DNA of 64,000 nt from an uncultured Acidimicrobiia bacterium (lineage in GTDB: Bacteria > Actinomycetota > Acidimicrobiia > Spongiisociales > UBA5794), in NCBI GenBank assembly GCA_963834375.1, contig CAWIBM010000001.1, positions 69,864 through 133,863 of the forward strand, given 5' to 3'. The position numbers and the translations under genes are program-made. The notes under the pieces were generated by a model. It did no database searches, was not told the DNA's origin, and saw only the letters and a list, made by a program, of their open reading frames with translations. Positions 33,767 to 45,898 of this stretch are shown here, piece by piece (within the stretch, counting starts at the first letter, position 1; each line of letters begins with the position of its first letter).

Positions 33767-35373
33767 TCCGCTTCGACGGGCTGTCAATCACCTACGCCGG
33801 TGCCTCCCGGCCGACTCTCCGCGATCTCGACCTGGCGATCCCCGAAGGTGAGCTGGCCCTGGTCATCGGCCCCACCGGCTCGGGGAAGTCCACCCTGTTG
33901 GGGACGGTCAACGGTCAGGTGCCCCGCTTCACCGGCGGGACCCTCGCCGGTCGTGTCACCGTCGACGGCCGGGACACCGCCGTCCACACGACCAGGGAGA
34001 TGGCCGACCTGGTGGGCGTGGTTCCGCAGCATCCCGCCGCCGGCTTCGTCACCGACGTGGTCGAGGAGGAGCTCGCCTACGGGATGGAGCAGTTGGGCCT
34101 TCCCCCGGCGGTGATGCGCCGCCGGGTGGAAGAGACCCTCGACCTGCTGGGGATCGCCCACCTGCGTGACCGGGCGGTGGCTTCCCTGTCCGGCGGCGAG
34201 CAGCAGCGGGTCGCCATCGGTGCCGTGCTCACCGCCCACCCGCGGGTGCTGGTGCTCGACGAGCCGACCTCGGCGCTCGACCCGACCGCCTCGGAGGAGG
34301 TGCTCGCCGCGGTCACCCGGCTGGTGCACGACCTGGCGATGACGGTGGTGATGGCGGAGCATCGCCTGGAACGCGTCGTGCAGTACGCCGACCGGGTGAT
34401 CGCGCTCGACGGCTCCGGCGGGGCTGCCGCCGGCCCGGCAGAGTCGGTGCTCGCCGCCTCGCCGATCGCCCCTCCGGTGGTGATGCTGGGTCGGCTGGCC
34501 GGCTGGGACCCGGTGCCACTGAGCATCCGCCAGGCCAGACGCCACGCCGGCGATCTGCGCCGCCGCCTCCACGGCGCCACCCCGCCAGGAAGCGCGGCCG
34601 GCCCGGGGCCGGCCGTGGTGGCCTCCAAGGGCCTCGTGGTCACCCACGGGACGACCACGGCGGTGCGGTCGGTCGACCTCGAGGTCGGCGAGGGAGAGGT
34701 CGTCGCCCTGATGGGTCGCAACGGGTCGGGCAAGACCTCGCTGCTGTGGGCGGTCCAGGGCTCGGGGCGTCGGGCCGCCGGCTCGGTGGCGGTCGACGGG
34801 GTGGACCCGGCGGGAACCGCGCCGGCGGTGGCGCGACGCCTGGTCGCCCTGGTGCCGCACGACCCGTCGGACCTGCTCTTCGCCGACTCGGTGGACGAGG
34901 AGTGCGCCGCCGGAGACGCCGAGTCCGCCGTCGACCCGGGATCGTGCCGCCGCCTCCTCGACCGGATCCTCCCCGGCGTACCGGGCGACCGGCATCCCGG
35001 CGACCTGTCGGAGGGCCAGCGGCTGGCGCTGGTACTCGCCATCCAGCTCGCCGCCTCGCCGCGGGTGCTGCTGCTCGACGAACCGACCCGAGGGCTCGAC
35101 TACGCCGCCAAGCGGCACCTCACCGGCGTGCTCGCCGCGCTCGCCACCGAGGGAAAGGCCGTGGTGGTGGCCACCCACGACGTCGAGTTCGCTGCCGCCA
35201 CCGCCACCCGGGTGGTGGTGATGGCACAGGGGGAGGTGGTGGCAGATGGGCCGACTGCCTCGGCGCTCACTGCCTCGCCGGCGTTCTCGCCCCAGGTGGC
35301 CCGGGTGATGCGGCCCGACCCATGGCTCACCGTGGACGAGATCGCTGCCGCACTGGGCGAGGCCTCGCCGTGA
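33763..35373 (+). CDS. Fused double ATPase of an ECF/ABC transporter (EcfA-EcfA')
   Basis: Intact 536 aa with an ATGA overlap. Walker A GPTGSGKST and GRNGSGKTS. Signatures LSGGEQQR and LSEGQRL. Walker B VLVLDEPTS and LLLDEPTR. Confidence 0.9.
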   Translation: MIRFDGLSITYAGASRPTLRDLDLAIPEGELALVIGPTGSGKSTLLGTVNGQVPRFTGGTLAGRVTVDGRDTAVHTTREMADLVGVVPQHPAAGFVTDVVEEELAYGMEQLGLPPAVMRRRVEETLDLLGIAHLRDRAVASLSGGEQQRVAIGAVLTAHPRVLVLDEPTSALDPTASEEVLAAVTRLVHDLAMTVVMAEHRLERVVQYADRVIALDGSGGAAAGPAESVLAASPIAPPVVMLGRLAGWDPVPLSIRQARRHAGDLRRRLHGATPPGSAAGPGPAVVASKGLVVTHGTTTAVRSVDLEVGEGEVVALMGRNGSGKTSLLWAVQGSGRRAAGSVAVDGVDPAGTAPAVARRLVALVPHDPSDLLFADSVDEECAAGDAESAVDPGSCRRLLDRILPGVPGDRHPGDLSEGQRLALVLAIQLAASPRVLLLDEPTRGLDYAAKRHLTGVLAALATEGKAVVVATHDVEFAAATATRVVVMAQGEVVADGPTASALTASPAFSPQVARVMRPDPWLTVDEIAAALGEASP

Positions 35374-36197
35374 CCGCCCGGGTGGTGCCCACGGGGTGGC
35401 GGACGTCGGCGATCCTCGTGGTGGCGTCGGTGGCCGGCCTCCTCGCCTTCGCCTGGCCGCTGCTGGTTGAGCCGGGAAGCATGCTGGTGGCCCACGTGAC
35501 CGACGCTCCGTTCCTGTTCGTGGCCGTGGTGCCGGTGGTCATCGCCGTCGTCCTCGCCGAGATGGGCTCGGGCGGCATCGACACCAAGGCGGTGGCGATG
35601 CTCGGCATTCTCTCCGCCCTCGGGGCGGCCCTTCGTCCGTTGGGAGCCGGGCTGGGGGGCATCGAGACCGTGTTCTTCCTGCTCATCCTCGGGGGCAGGG
35701 TGTTCGGCCCGGGCTTCGGCTTCGTCCTGGGATCCACCACGCTGTTCGGCTCGGCGCTGCTCACCGCCGGGGTCGGGCCGTGGCTCCCGTTCCAGATGCT
35801 CGCCGCCTCGTGGGTGGGGATGGGCGCCGGCCTGCTCCCGCGGGCACGGGGACGGGCGGAGATCGCCCTGCTCGCCGCCTATGGCGGGGTGAGCGCCCTG
35901 GTGTTCGGGTTGCTGATGAACCTCTGGTCGTGGCCGTTCGTTCTCGGCACCGGCACCGAGATCTCGTTCGTCCCCGGCGCCCCGCTCGGCGAGAACCTGC
36001 GGCGGTTGATCGCCTACTCGCTGGTGACCTCGCTGGGCTGGGAGGTGGGCAGGGCGGTCACCAACACGGTACTCATCGTGCTGGTCGGGAGCGCCGTGCT
36101 CGGGGCGTTGCGCCGGGCCGATCGCCGTTTCGCCTTCGACGCGCCTATCAGGTTCGAGACGTCGGAGACCGAAGGGTCATCGGCCTTCCGCCGGTAG
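35370..36197 (+). CDS. Polytopic membrane protein, probable ECF substrate-specific (S) component
   Basis: Intact 275 aa with a GTGA overlap onto the ATPase gene and about 6 hydrophobic helices. It is not CbiM-like. The position is typical of a group-I ECF S component. Confidence 0.6.
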   Translation: MTARVVPTGWRTSAILVVASVAGLLAFAWPLLVEPGSMLVAHVTDAPFLFVAVVPVVIAVVLAEMGSGGIDTKAVAMLGILSALGAALRPLGAGLGGIETVFFLLILGGRVFGPGFGFVLGSTTLFGSALLTAGVGPWLPFQMLAASWVGMGAGLLPRARGRAEIALLAAYGGVSALVFGLLMNLWSWPFVLGTGTEISFVPGAPLGENLRRLIAYSLVTSLGWEVGRAVTNTVLIVLVGSAVLGALRRADRRFAFDAPIRFETSETEGSSAFRR

Positions 36198-36207
36198 TGT
36201 CGGGCGC

Positions 36208-37476
36208 ATGCCTCCTGAGGCCCGGACCGTGCAACGGACCTACCTGCTGCTCACGCTTCTCACCGTGCTGGCGGCATCGATGATCTGGGGCATCAACACG
36301 CTGTTCCTGCTCGACGCCGGGCTGAGCAACACCCAGGCGTTCACCGCCAACGCTTTCTTCACCGCCGGGAGGTGCTGTTCGAGGTGCCCACCGGCATCGT
36401 CGCCGACACCAGGGGGCGGCGGACGTCCTTCATGTTCGGGGCATCCACTCTGCTGGTGTCCACCCTGATGTACCTGTTCATGTGGCAGGTAGAGGCGCCG
36501 CTCTGGGGCTGGGCGATCGCCTCGGTGGTCATCGGGCTGGGGTTCACGTTCTTCTCGGGGGCGACCGAGGCGTGGTTGGTCGACGCCTTGGGAGGACCGG
36601 GTTACACCGGTGACCTCGAGTCGGTGTTCGCCCGAGGCCAGGCGGTCGCCGGGGTCGCCGTGCTGATCGGATCGATCGGCGGCGGGTTCATCGCCCAGGT
36701 GACGAACCTCGGCGTCCCCTACCTGCTGCGGGCAGCCTTGCTCGGGATCACCGTCGTGGTGGCGCTGTGGCGGATGCACGACCTGGGCTTCACGCCCCGA
36801 ACGCCGCGGCGGCCCGGTCGAGGAGATGCGGCGCATGGTCCACGCCGGCATCGACGTCGGCTGGAAGCAACGACCGATCAGGATGATGATGCTGGCCGCC
36901 CCGTTCACGATGGGCATCGCCATATACGCCTTCTACGCCATGCAGCCCTACCTGCTCGAGCTGTACGGCGACGAGACCGCGTTCGGGATAGCCGGGCTGG
37001 CGGCGGCGGCGGTGGGCGGCTCCCAGGTTGCCGGCGGGCTGCTGGTGCCCTACGCTGCGCCGGCTGTTCCGGACTCGCACCGGTCTGGTGATCTTCGCCG
37101 AGGTGACCGGAGTCGTCGCTCTCATCGGTATCGGATTGACTTCAAACTTTGCTTTCGCGCTGGGGCTCTTCGTCGCCTGGGCCATCGGCTCGGCGTTCCG
37201 CCTGCCGTGCGGCAGGCCTTCATCAACCCGCTGATCCCGGCGCAGCAGCGGGCGACGGTGCTCTCGTTCGATGCCCTGATGGGCTCGGCCGGCGGGGTCG
37301 TCGCCCAGCCGGCCCTCGGGCGGGTCGCCGACGTTTCCGGATACGCCGCTTCCTACGTCGTCTCCGGTGCGGTCAGCGCCCTGGCCATCCCGTTCCTGAT
37401 GATCGCCCACAGGGAGAGGGCGCCGTCCGACCCGATCGGGGTCGGGGGGCCCGAGCCCGAGGTGCCGCTGGCCTGA
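36208..37476 (+). pseudogene. MFS transporter, at least 4 frameshifts
   Basis: Hydrophobic fragments in three frames: TYLLLTLLTVLAASMIWGINTLFLLDAG, LFEVPTGIVADTRGRR (MFS loop 2-3 motif), MMMLAAPFTMGIAIYAFY, TVLSFDALMGSAGGVVAQPALGRVAD. Confidence 0.75.
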
Positions 37477-37488
37477 GCGGCCGACGCT

Positions 37489-38055
37489 TCAGACGCCGCG
37501 GTACTTGATGCTGCACCCCATCGACGGGAACTGGTCCGCAGCCACCGGCTGGTCGCTGCGTACCGCTTCGATGGCCGCCCGCAGCTCCTCCCCGGTGACG
37601 GGGACCAGCGAGTTGGGCCGGCTCTCGTCCATCCGGCCCCGGTAGACCAGGCCGCGGTCCGGGCCAAACAGGAAGAAGTCGGGGGTGCACGCCGCCGAAT
37701 AGGCGCGGGCGACATCCTGGCTCTCGTCGAAGAGGTACGGGAAGCGTGTATCCCCGGTCGGCGGCCTCGGCCTTCATCGTCTCCGGGCGGTCCTCCGGGT
37801 AGTCCTCGACGTCGTTGCTGTTGATGGCGACGATGGCGACGTCGCTGACGGCGCATAGTCACGGCCCAGGTCGGCGAGCCCGGCGGCCACGTGCTTGACG
37901 TACGGGCAGTGGTTGCAGATGAACATCACCAGCAGCGCCTTGGCGGCGGTGAAGTCGTCGCAGGGAAACGGCCTGCGGCCGGTCGTCACGTCGGGCAGGG
38001 CGAAGTCGGGCGCCTCGGTGCCCAGGGGCATCATCAGCGAGATGGCGGCCACGGA
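37489..38055 (-). pseudogene. Thioredoxin-fold thiol:disulfide oxidoreductase (redoxin/AhpC-TSA-like), 2 frameshifts
   Basis: AGGAGGA SD precedes GTG 38055. LGTEAPDFALPDV, LLVMFICNHCPYV (CxxC). Then VAIVAINSNDV, TPDFFLF, and MGCSIKYRGV* after frame changes. Confidence 0.7.
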
Positions 38056-38074
38056 TCCTCCTGATGTCTCGGGG

Positions 38075-38487
38075 TCAGCCGGGTACACCGTAGCTACGGA
38101 GGGCGTCCGCCAAGCCGTCGATGTCGGCGACGGTGACGGTCAGGGCGAGTGTGGCGCGGGGAACAGCAACGGCCCGGTGCGAGGGACCGGCTGGTGAAAG
38201 CAGACGCACACCCCGGCGTCGGCATTGGACCCGAAGGTGAGGCCATGGTCTGCCAGCGACGAGCGCACCCCGATGGCCCGGTACCACCGGTAGTCACGGG
38301 TGACCTCGAAGCGGGCGAGGTTGGTGGTCGGTGTCTCCACCGCCCAGCGTCCGAACTGGGCGGTGAAGGTGTTCGCGGTCAACTGGATGCCCGAGTTGGC
38401 CGCGGTGATCCCGCCGAGACGCAGCACGGTGGCGAACTTCGGGTCGAATCGGAACGGGAAGCGATACGATGTGGTCAGCCTTCGCAT
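38075..38487 (-). pseudogene. Hypothetical protein, one frameshift near 38170
   Basis: ORF 38140..38487 (MRRLTTSYRFPFRFDPKFATVLRLGG...) continues as ...ATLALTVTVADIDGLADALRSYGVPG* in the frame of ORF 38075..38287. No family recognised. Confidence 0.4.
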
Positions 38488-38787
38488 GCCAGGCGGCGTG
38501 AGTCGGGCGACCGGCCCGGCCCGCCACCGAGGAGGATAGCGAGGTCGCGCTCGGCGTCCGGTGGGTCACCTGCACCTGTGGCGGCACCACATGCCGCACC
38601 GCCACCAGCGAGTAGGGCACGGAGTGCCATACGGCCGGCGAAGGTGCTAGGGGTCCCCGGCGCTGCCGGTGGGAAGCAACCGAGCGGGACGCTCACCCCG
38701 AGGCCGGCCCGGCGCCCACGCGAATGTGCACGAGGCGCCTGCCGGGAAGCAGGGGCCTGAGACCGGACAGCGAGCGAGGTGGCGGAG

Positions 38788-40104
<1,317 letters not shown>

Positions 40105-40107
40105 GCC

Positions 40108-42318
40108 GTGACCGCCACGGACCTCAGCCCTGACCCACATCCAGCTCACCGTCGACGACGGGGTCGCGGTCGCCCTGCTCGACCGTGCCGGAGAATCGCT
40201 CAACACGGTGAACCCCGAGCTGGCCGGCGACCTGGCCACGGTGGTCGACCGAGGTGGAACGGGACCCGTCGATCAAGGCGCTGGTCATCGGCTCGGCCAA
40301 GCGGGACAACTTCCTCGCCGGGGCCGACATCCGCTGGCTGCAGGCGTTCCAGGACCCGGCTTCGGCGAGCGAGGCGCTCGGCCAAGGCCAGCGGCTGTTC
40401 GCCCGGATCGAGCGGCTCCACACGGTCATGGGGAAGCCGGTGGTGGCGGCGATCCACGGGCCCTGTCTCGGCGGCGGGCTCGAGCTCGCCATGGCCTGCG
40501 GCATCCGCATCTGCCTCGGACGACGAGAGCGAAGACCCAGCTCGGCCAGCCCGAGGTGAAGCTCGGGCTGATCCCGGGCGGCGGCGGAACCCAGCGGCTC
40601 CCCAGCTGGTCGGCATCGCCGCCGGCCTCGACCTGATGATGTCCGGGCGGTCGGTGCGCCCGGCGAGTGCCCTCAAGATGGGGCTGGTCGACGAGATCTG
40701 CCCGAAGGAGGTGCTGCTCGACGTCGCCGTCACCCGGGCGCGCCAGGCGGTCGGGCGACCCAGACGAGACGCCGACCGGCTCCACGTTCGGGCGGATCAC
40801 CGGGTGGCTGTCGCCCAAGCACCTCCAGGAGCTGGCCCTCGAGGAGAACCCGATCGGGCGCCGGCTGCTCTTCTCCAAGGCCGAGGAGCGGATGCTCGAG
40901 GAGACCGGCGGGAACTACCCGGCGCCGGCCGCCGTGCTCCGGGCGGTCAAGGCCGGGGTCGAGCAGGGACCGGAAGCCGGTTACGCCGCCGAGCTGGCGG
41001 AGTTCGCCACGCTGGTGGTGTCTCCCGAGGCCAAGGCGCTGATCGGGGTGTTCTTCGACTCCCAGGCGCTCAAGACGACCGCTGGTGTCGTGCGGCGACG
41101 TCACGCCCCGCCCGGTGGCCAAGGTCGGGGTGATCGGTGGAGGGTTGATGGGCGGCGGCATCGCCGCGGTGAACACGCTGCCAGGCCGGGGTGCGCACCC
41201 GGCTGAAGGAGATCGACGCAGTGCCCGGGTGGGGCGCGGCCTGGCCCACGTCGGCGCGCAGGTCGAGCGAGCAGGTGGCCAGCCGGCGGCTCGCACGAAC
41301 GTGATGCGGACAAGGCCGGCCAGCTGGTCACCGGTACGGTCGACTGGTCCGGGTTCCCGACGCCGACGTGGTCATCGAGGCGGTGTTCGAGGACCTCGAC
41401 CTGAAGCGATGCGGTGCTCGCCGAGGTCGAGGCGGTGACCGGGGCCGGACACCATCTTCGCCTCGAACACCTCGTCGATCCCGATCGCCCACATCGCCGA
41501 AACGGCGTCGCCCGGCCGCGAGAACGTCATCGGCATGCACTACTTCTCCCCGGTGGAGAAGATGCCGCTGCTCGAGGTCGTGGTCGCACCGACGACACGC
41601 CGACGAGGTCACCGCCACCTGTGTCGAGTTGGGCAGGCGCCAGGGCAAGACGGTGATCGTGGTCAACGACGGTCCCGGCTTCTACACCTCCCGGATCCTC
41701 GTCCCCTACATGAACGAGGTCGGCCACCTGCTCGCCGACGGGGTCCGGATCGAGGACATCGACCAGGCGATGACCCGCTGGGGGTTCCCGGTCGGTCCGG
41801 TGACCCTGGCCGACGAGGTGGGCATCGACGTCGGGGCCAAGATCGGCGTGATCATGGAGCGAGGCGTTCGGCTCGCGGATGGCGCCCAGCCAGGGCTTCG
41901 CCCGGCTGGTGGCGGACGGGCGCAAGGGACGCAAGAACGGCCGCGGGTTCTACCGGTACGAGGACGGGGCCCGGCAGGGGGTCGACCCGTCGGTGTACGA
42001 CCTGCTCGGGGTCACCCCGGGCCGCCGGGCTGCGCACCGACCAGGTCCAGGAGCGGCTCTACCTGCACCTGCTCAACGAGGCGGCGCGCTGCCTGGAGGA
42101 GGGCGTCCTGCGCAGCGCCCGCGACGGGGACGTCGGGGCCGTGTTCGGGCTGGGCTACCCGCCGTTCCGCGGCGGCCCGTTCACCACCATCGACCGTCTC
42201 GGCGCCGCCGAGGTCGTGGCCCGGCTGAAGCCGCTGGCCGACGGCGCACGGCGACCGATACGCCCCCGCCGACCTGCTCCGCACCGCCGCCAAGGACGGC
42301 AAGCCCCTCAGGGGCTGA
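40108..42318 (+). pseudogene. fadJ: Multifunctional enoyl-CoA hydratase / 3-hydroxyacyl-CoA dehydrogenase (FadJ/FadB-type), many frameshifts
   Basis: [172 protein letters not shown]. Confidence 0.85.
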
Positions 42319-42358
42319 CAACCACGGACCGACCCCCAAGACCGTCGTCGTGGCCGGA

Positions 42359-42911
42359 TCAGCCGGCCAGGTTGAAGGGGACCAGCGTGATGGTGGCGAC
42401 GCCGATGTCCAGGGCAACCTCGTCGCCGCCCGAGAACGGGCCGGTGACGGTGTAGCCGCCTCCCTGCGGGCTGAGCGTGTGCACGATGATCTCGGCGCCA
42501 TCGGGCCCTTCAGGTTCGACCACCCAGTACCTCGGCACTCCGCCGGCGGCGTACTTGTGCGCCTTGCGGACGAGGTCTCGGCCTCGATCGGTGGACAGGA
42601 TCTCCACCAGGAGGTAGGGCGTCCCCGTGTACCGGATGTTGTCCTCGGACGAGGCATCGAACACGATCACGTCCGGCACGAACTCGTCCCGCCCGACCTT
42701 CCACGCCCAATCGCGCAGCACGTCGATGCTGGTCGGCAGCTGGGCGAAAGCAGGGCGTCTCGACGTTCCTTCCGATGCGTTGGTGGCGTCTGGTGGCTGA
42801 CGGGCTCACCACGAACTCCCCGTCGACGTACTCGCCACGGGCCTCCTCGGGGAGCGCCAGGTATTCGTCCCACGACATGGGGACCCGATCGCCGTCCTGC
42901 ATGGTGACCAT
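42359..42911 (-). pseudogene. Uma2-family (DUF820) endonuclease, one frameshift near 42750
   Basis: [30 protein letters not shown], then [44 protein letters not shown]. Confidence 0.75.
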
Positions 42912-43008
42912 CGCGCCATCCACGGTACTCCTCGTGCTCGTCACACCGACCTCCCGGCCCAGGGCTACGACGACGAATCTACGAGGAGCCTGTGACAGGA
43001 CTCTGGGA

Positions 43009-43620
43009 TCACACGGCCAGGGTGAGCTCCCAGCGGTCGTCGGTCGTCGGGGCGAAACCGACCTTGCGCAGGTAGCGACGGTGCGGGTCGGTGGTGGCGA
43101 CGGCCGCCACCCGGTGGATGCCGTGCTCGTCGAGTAGCTGGTGCGGCGAGCGGTAGAGGAACCGGGCCGGCTCCATGTCGCGGTAGCGGGGAGCCACGTA
43201 GTCGAGCTCGATCTCCAGCGTGTCCCCGTACTGGCGACCGATCACGACTCCCGCGGGGACCATGTCGCGCAGCACGAACACCACGATCCGGTCGGCGCCG
43301 ATCGGGAGCGCGAACTCGGGCTGGAACTTCTCGATCTCGTCGGTGTGGAATTCGAGGTACTCGTTGAGGTACACCGAGTCGGGCTGCACCTCGAGCAGTG
43401 AGAAGTACTCCTCGTCGGTCCACCACTGCCACAGCCGGAACCCATGGAGCCCGACGATGACGGCGTTGGTCGCCGCCACCGGGTAGGCGCCCACCAGCAG
43501 TGCGTAGATGCAGAACAGGAACGAGCCGACCAGGCCGATCATCCGCAGCTTGAGCACCGACGACATCGAGAGCGAGATGACGACGGTGAGGGAGGCGACG
43601 TACCCGAGGACCTCGATCAC
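43009..43620 (-). CDS. Fusion of a 3-helix membrane module (YgjV/SemiSWEET-like) with a GNAT-like cytoplasmic domain
   Basis: Intact 203 aa. Residues 1-65 contain three hydrophobic helices ([46 protein letters not shown]). The C-terminus reads [20 protein letters not shown]...[24 protein letters not shown]. Confidence 0.55.
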   Translation of the reverse strand: MIEVLGYVASLTVVISLSMSSVLKLRMIGLVGSFLFCIYALLVGAYPVAATNAVIVGLHGFRLWQWWTDEEYFSLLEVQPDSVYLNEYLEFHTDEIEKFQPEFALPIGADRIVVFVLRDMVPAGVVIGRQYGDTLEIELDYVAPRYRDMEPARFLYRSPHQLLDEHGIHRVAAVATTDPHRRYLRKVGFAPTTDDRWELTLAV

Positions 43621-43824
43621 CCGCCGAACGTAGCACCCGCCTTCGTGCCGACCGCCGTCGCCCCGAGGCAGCGAAGTCCGGGAGAGCGGTGTTTGCTGGT
43701 AGAGTCACGCCGGTACGGGCATCTCGCCCTACCGACGCCGGTGGCTTCCGCCCCGGCGGGGCCAGCAGGGCATCCTCCCGGATCCACTCGAGCAGGCCTT
43801 CTTCGCCCTCGACCAGGAGCCTTC

Positions 43825-45289
43825 ATGCCTTCCCCCTTCGCCGATCTCGGCGTGCCCGGAGACGTCGTCGCCGTCCTCGACCGCGCCGGCATCACCGACC
43901 CGTTCCCCATACAAACCGCCACCATCCCTGACGCCATGGCCGGCCGTGACATCGCCGGCCGCGCCCCCACCGGGTCGGGCAAGACCCTGGCCTTCGCCAT
44001 CCCGCTGGCGGTCAATGTCGGCCCGTCACACCCCCGCCGCCCCTCCGGGCTGGTTCTCGTGCCCACCCGTGAGCTGGCCGAGCAGGTGCGGCGCGAGCTC
44101 GCACCGCTGGCCTCGGCAGCCGGCCGCACGCGTCACCACCATCTACGGCGGCGTCGGCTACGGGCCGCAACGGTCCGCCCTCAACCGCGGCGCCGACATC
44201 GTGGTCGCCTGCCCGGGCAGGCTCGAGGACCTCATCGAACAGCGCGCCGTCGACCTCTCCGGGGTCCACATCGCCGTGGTCGACGAGGCCGACCGGATGG
44301 CCGACATGGGGTTCCTCCCCGCGGTCAAGCGCATCCTCGACCTCACCGCCCACGATCGGCAGACCCTGCTGTTCTCGGCGACGCTGGACGGCGTGGTCGA
44401 CGTCCTGGTCCGTCGGTACCAGCGTGACCCGCGCCGCTTCGAGGTCGCCGGCGACGAGGGGGAGCCGGGTACGGTGCGCCACCTGTTCTGGCAGGCCGAG
44501 CACGCCGGGAAGGTCGGTCTGACCGCCGAGGTGGTGGCCCGCCACGACTCGGCCATCGTGTTCTGCCGCACCAAGCACGGTGCCGATCGGCTCACCCGCC
44601 AGCTCGCCCAGCACGGGGTGCCGGCAGTCGCCATCCACGGCAACCGGACCCAACCCCAGCGCCACCGCGCCCTACAGCGGTTCGCCTCCGGTGAGGTGCG
44701 CGCCCTGGTGGCCACCGATGTGGCCGCCCGAGGCATCCACGTCGACGCCGTCGGCTGTGTGGTGCACTTCGACCCGCCCAACGACGAGAAGGACTACCTC
44801 CACCGCTCCGGGCGCACCGGCCGCGCCGGGGTCGACGGCACCGTGGTCTCGCTGTTGATGCACGACCAGGTTCGTTCGGCGCAGCGGATCCAACGGAGTC
44901 TCGGCCTCCGGCAGGGCGTCGACCGCGTCGACCTGCACACGCTGGGGGCGCCGCTGATCGCCACGGTCGCCCGTCCGGCGCATGCCGCCGCCGAGGTTCC
45001 GGAACGCGGCGAGCGCCGCAATGCCGGCCGGCCCCGGCAGGACGGCGCCGACCGCAACCGCCGTGGCGGAAAGGGGCGGAACCGCTCCGACGGGGCTCGG
45101 CGTCGGGAGTCCGGCGGCGATCGACGCTATTCGGCGTCGAGCGACCGTGACAACGCCGATGGTTGGCAAGGCGAGCGCCCGTCGGACGAGCTTCGTGGCG
45201 AGGGATCCCGCAGCCAGCGATCCGGCCAACCAGGCGGCTCCCATCGCGCCCGCCAGGCGAATCGGAACCGGCGTCGCCGATATCCGTGA
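43825..45289 (+). pseudogene. DEAD-box ATP-dependent RNA helicase with an Arg/Gly-rich tail, one frameshift near 44130
   Basis: FADLGV...PFPIQ (Q motif), [58 protein letters not shown]. Confidence 0.9.
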
Positions 45290-45485
45290 GCGAGGTCTAG
45301 TCGGTAGCCGAGCCCTCGTACTCGTCTAGGTAGGCCTCGAGGTCGACGGCCCGCGGGGTCAGCATGTGCGTCATGCCGTGTGCTTCGAAGACGGTTCCGT
45401 CAACCATCTCGCTTGCGGGAGGTGAAGGCGGCGGGATGCTCGGTGCCCAGCCATCGGACGAACCCGGCGAGATCCGCGTCGAGGA

Positions 45486-45896
45486 TCACTCCGACCTCTC
45501 CACGGCGGGTACGACGGAGGGGTCTCCCACAGCCGTGGTCAGGTGCGTGAGTATGCACTTCCACGAACCGTCGCGGCGAACGAAGATATCGGTCGTCCAC
45601 TCGTCGAGCGCGAACGGTATGCCCTGGTGAGCGCCGCTGTTGCGACCACGGACAATGACCACCGCAACCTCTCCGTAGATGCGAACCTCGTGGACATCGA
45701 AGCTCATGGTGTCATGGGTCACCTCCCCTGAGGCGACCGCTCCGAGAAACTGCTCGCGGGGGAAGATCCCGCCCTCACCGACCATCACCCACTCGGGCTC
45801 GACGAACTGATCTATTGCCACGGGATCGTTGGCGACAATCGCCGTCGCCCATGCATCGAGGAGGGCGGCCAACGCTCCTCGGTCATGTTCGGCCAT
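45486..45896 (-). CDS. NTF2-fold / DUF4440 (SnoaL-like) protein
   Basis: Intact 136 aa: LLDAWATAIVANDPVAIDQFVEPEWVMVGEGG...EVAVVIVRGRNSG...WTTDIFVRRDGSWKCILTHLT. Confidence 0.7.
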   Translation of the reverse strand: MAEHDRGALAALLDAWATAIVANDPVAIDQFVEPEWVMVGEGGIFPREQFLGAVASGEVTHDTMSFDVHEVRIYGEVAVVIVRGRNSGAHQGIPFALDEWTTDIFVRRDGSWKCILTHLTTAVGDPSVVPAVERSE

Positions 45897-45898
45897 CG

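Noticed and set aside
38488-38787. The 300-bp divergent intergenic region before fadI contains a possible 51-aa minus-strand ORF (MALRALLAGGGAACGAATGAG...). It could be an N-terminal extension of the hypothetical gene at 38075..38487.
   Set aside because: There is no convincing SD or lipobox, the composition is low-complexity Ala/Gly, and joining it would need yet another frameshift. The support is insufficient to call a feature.
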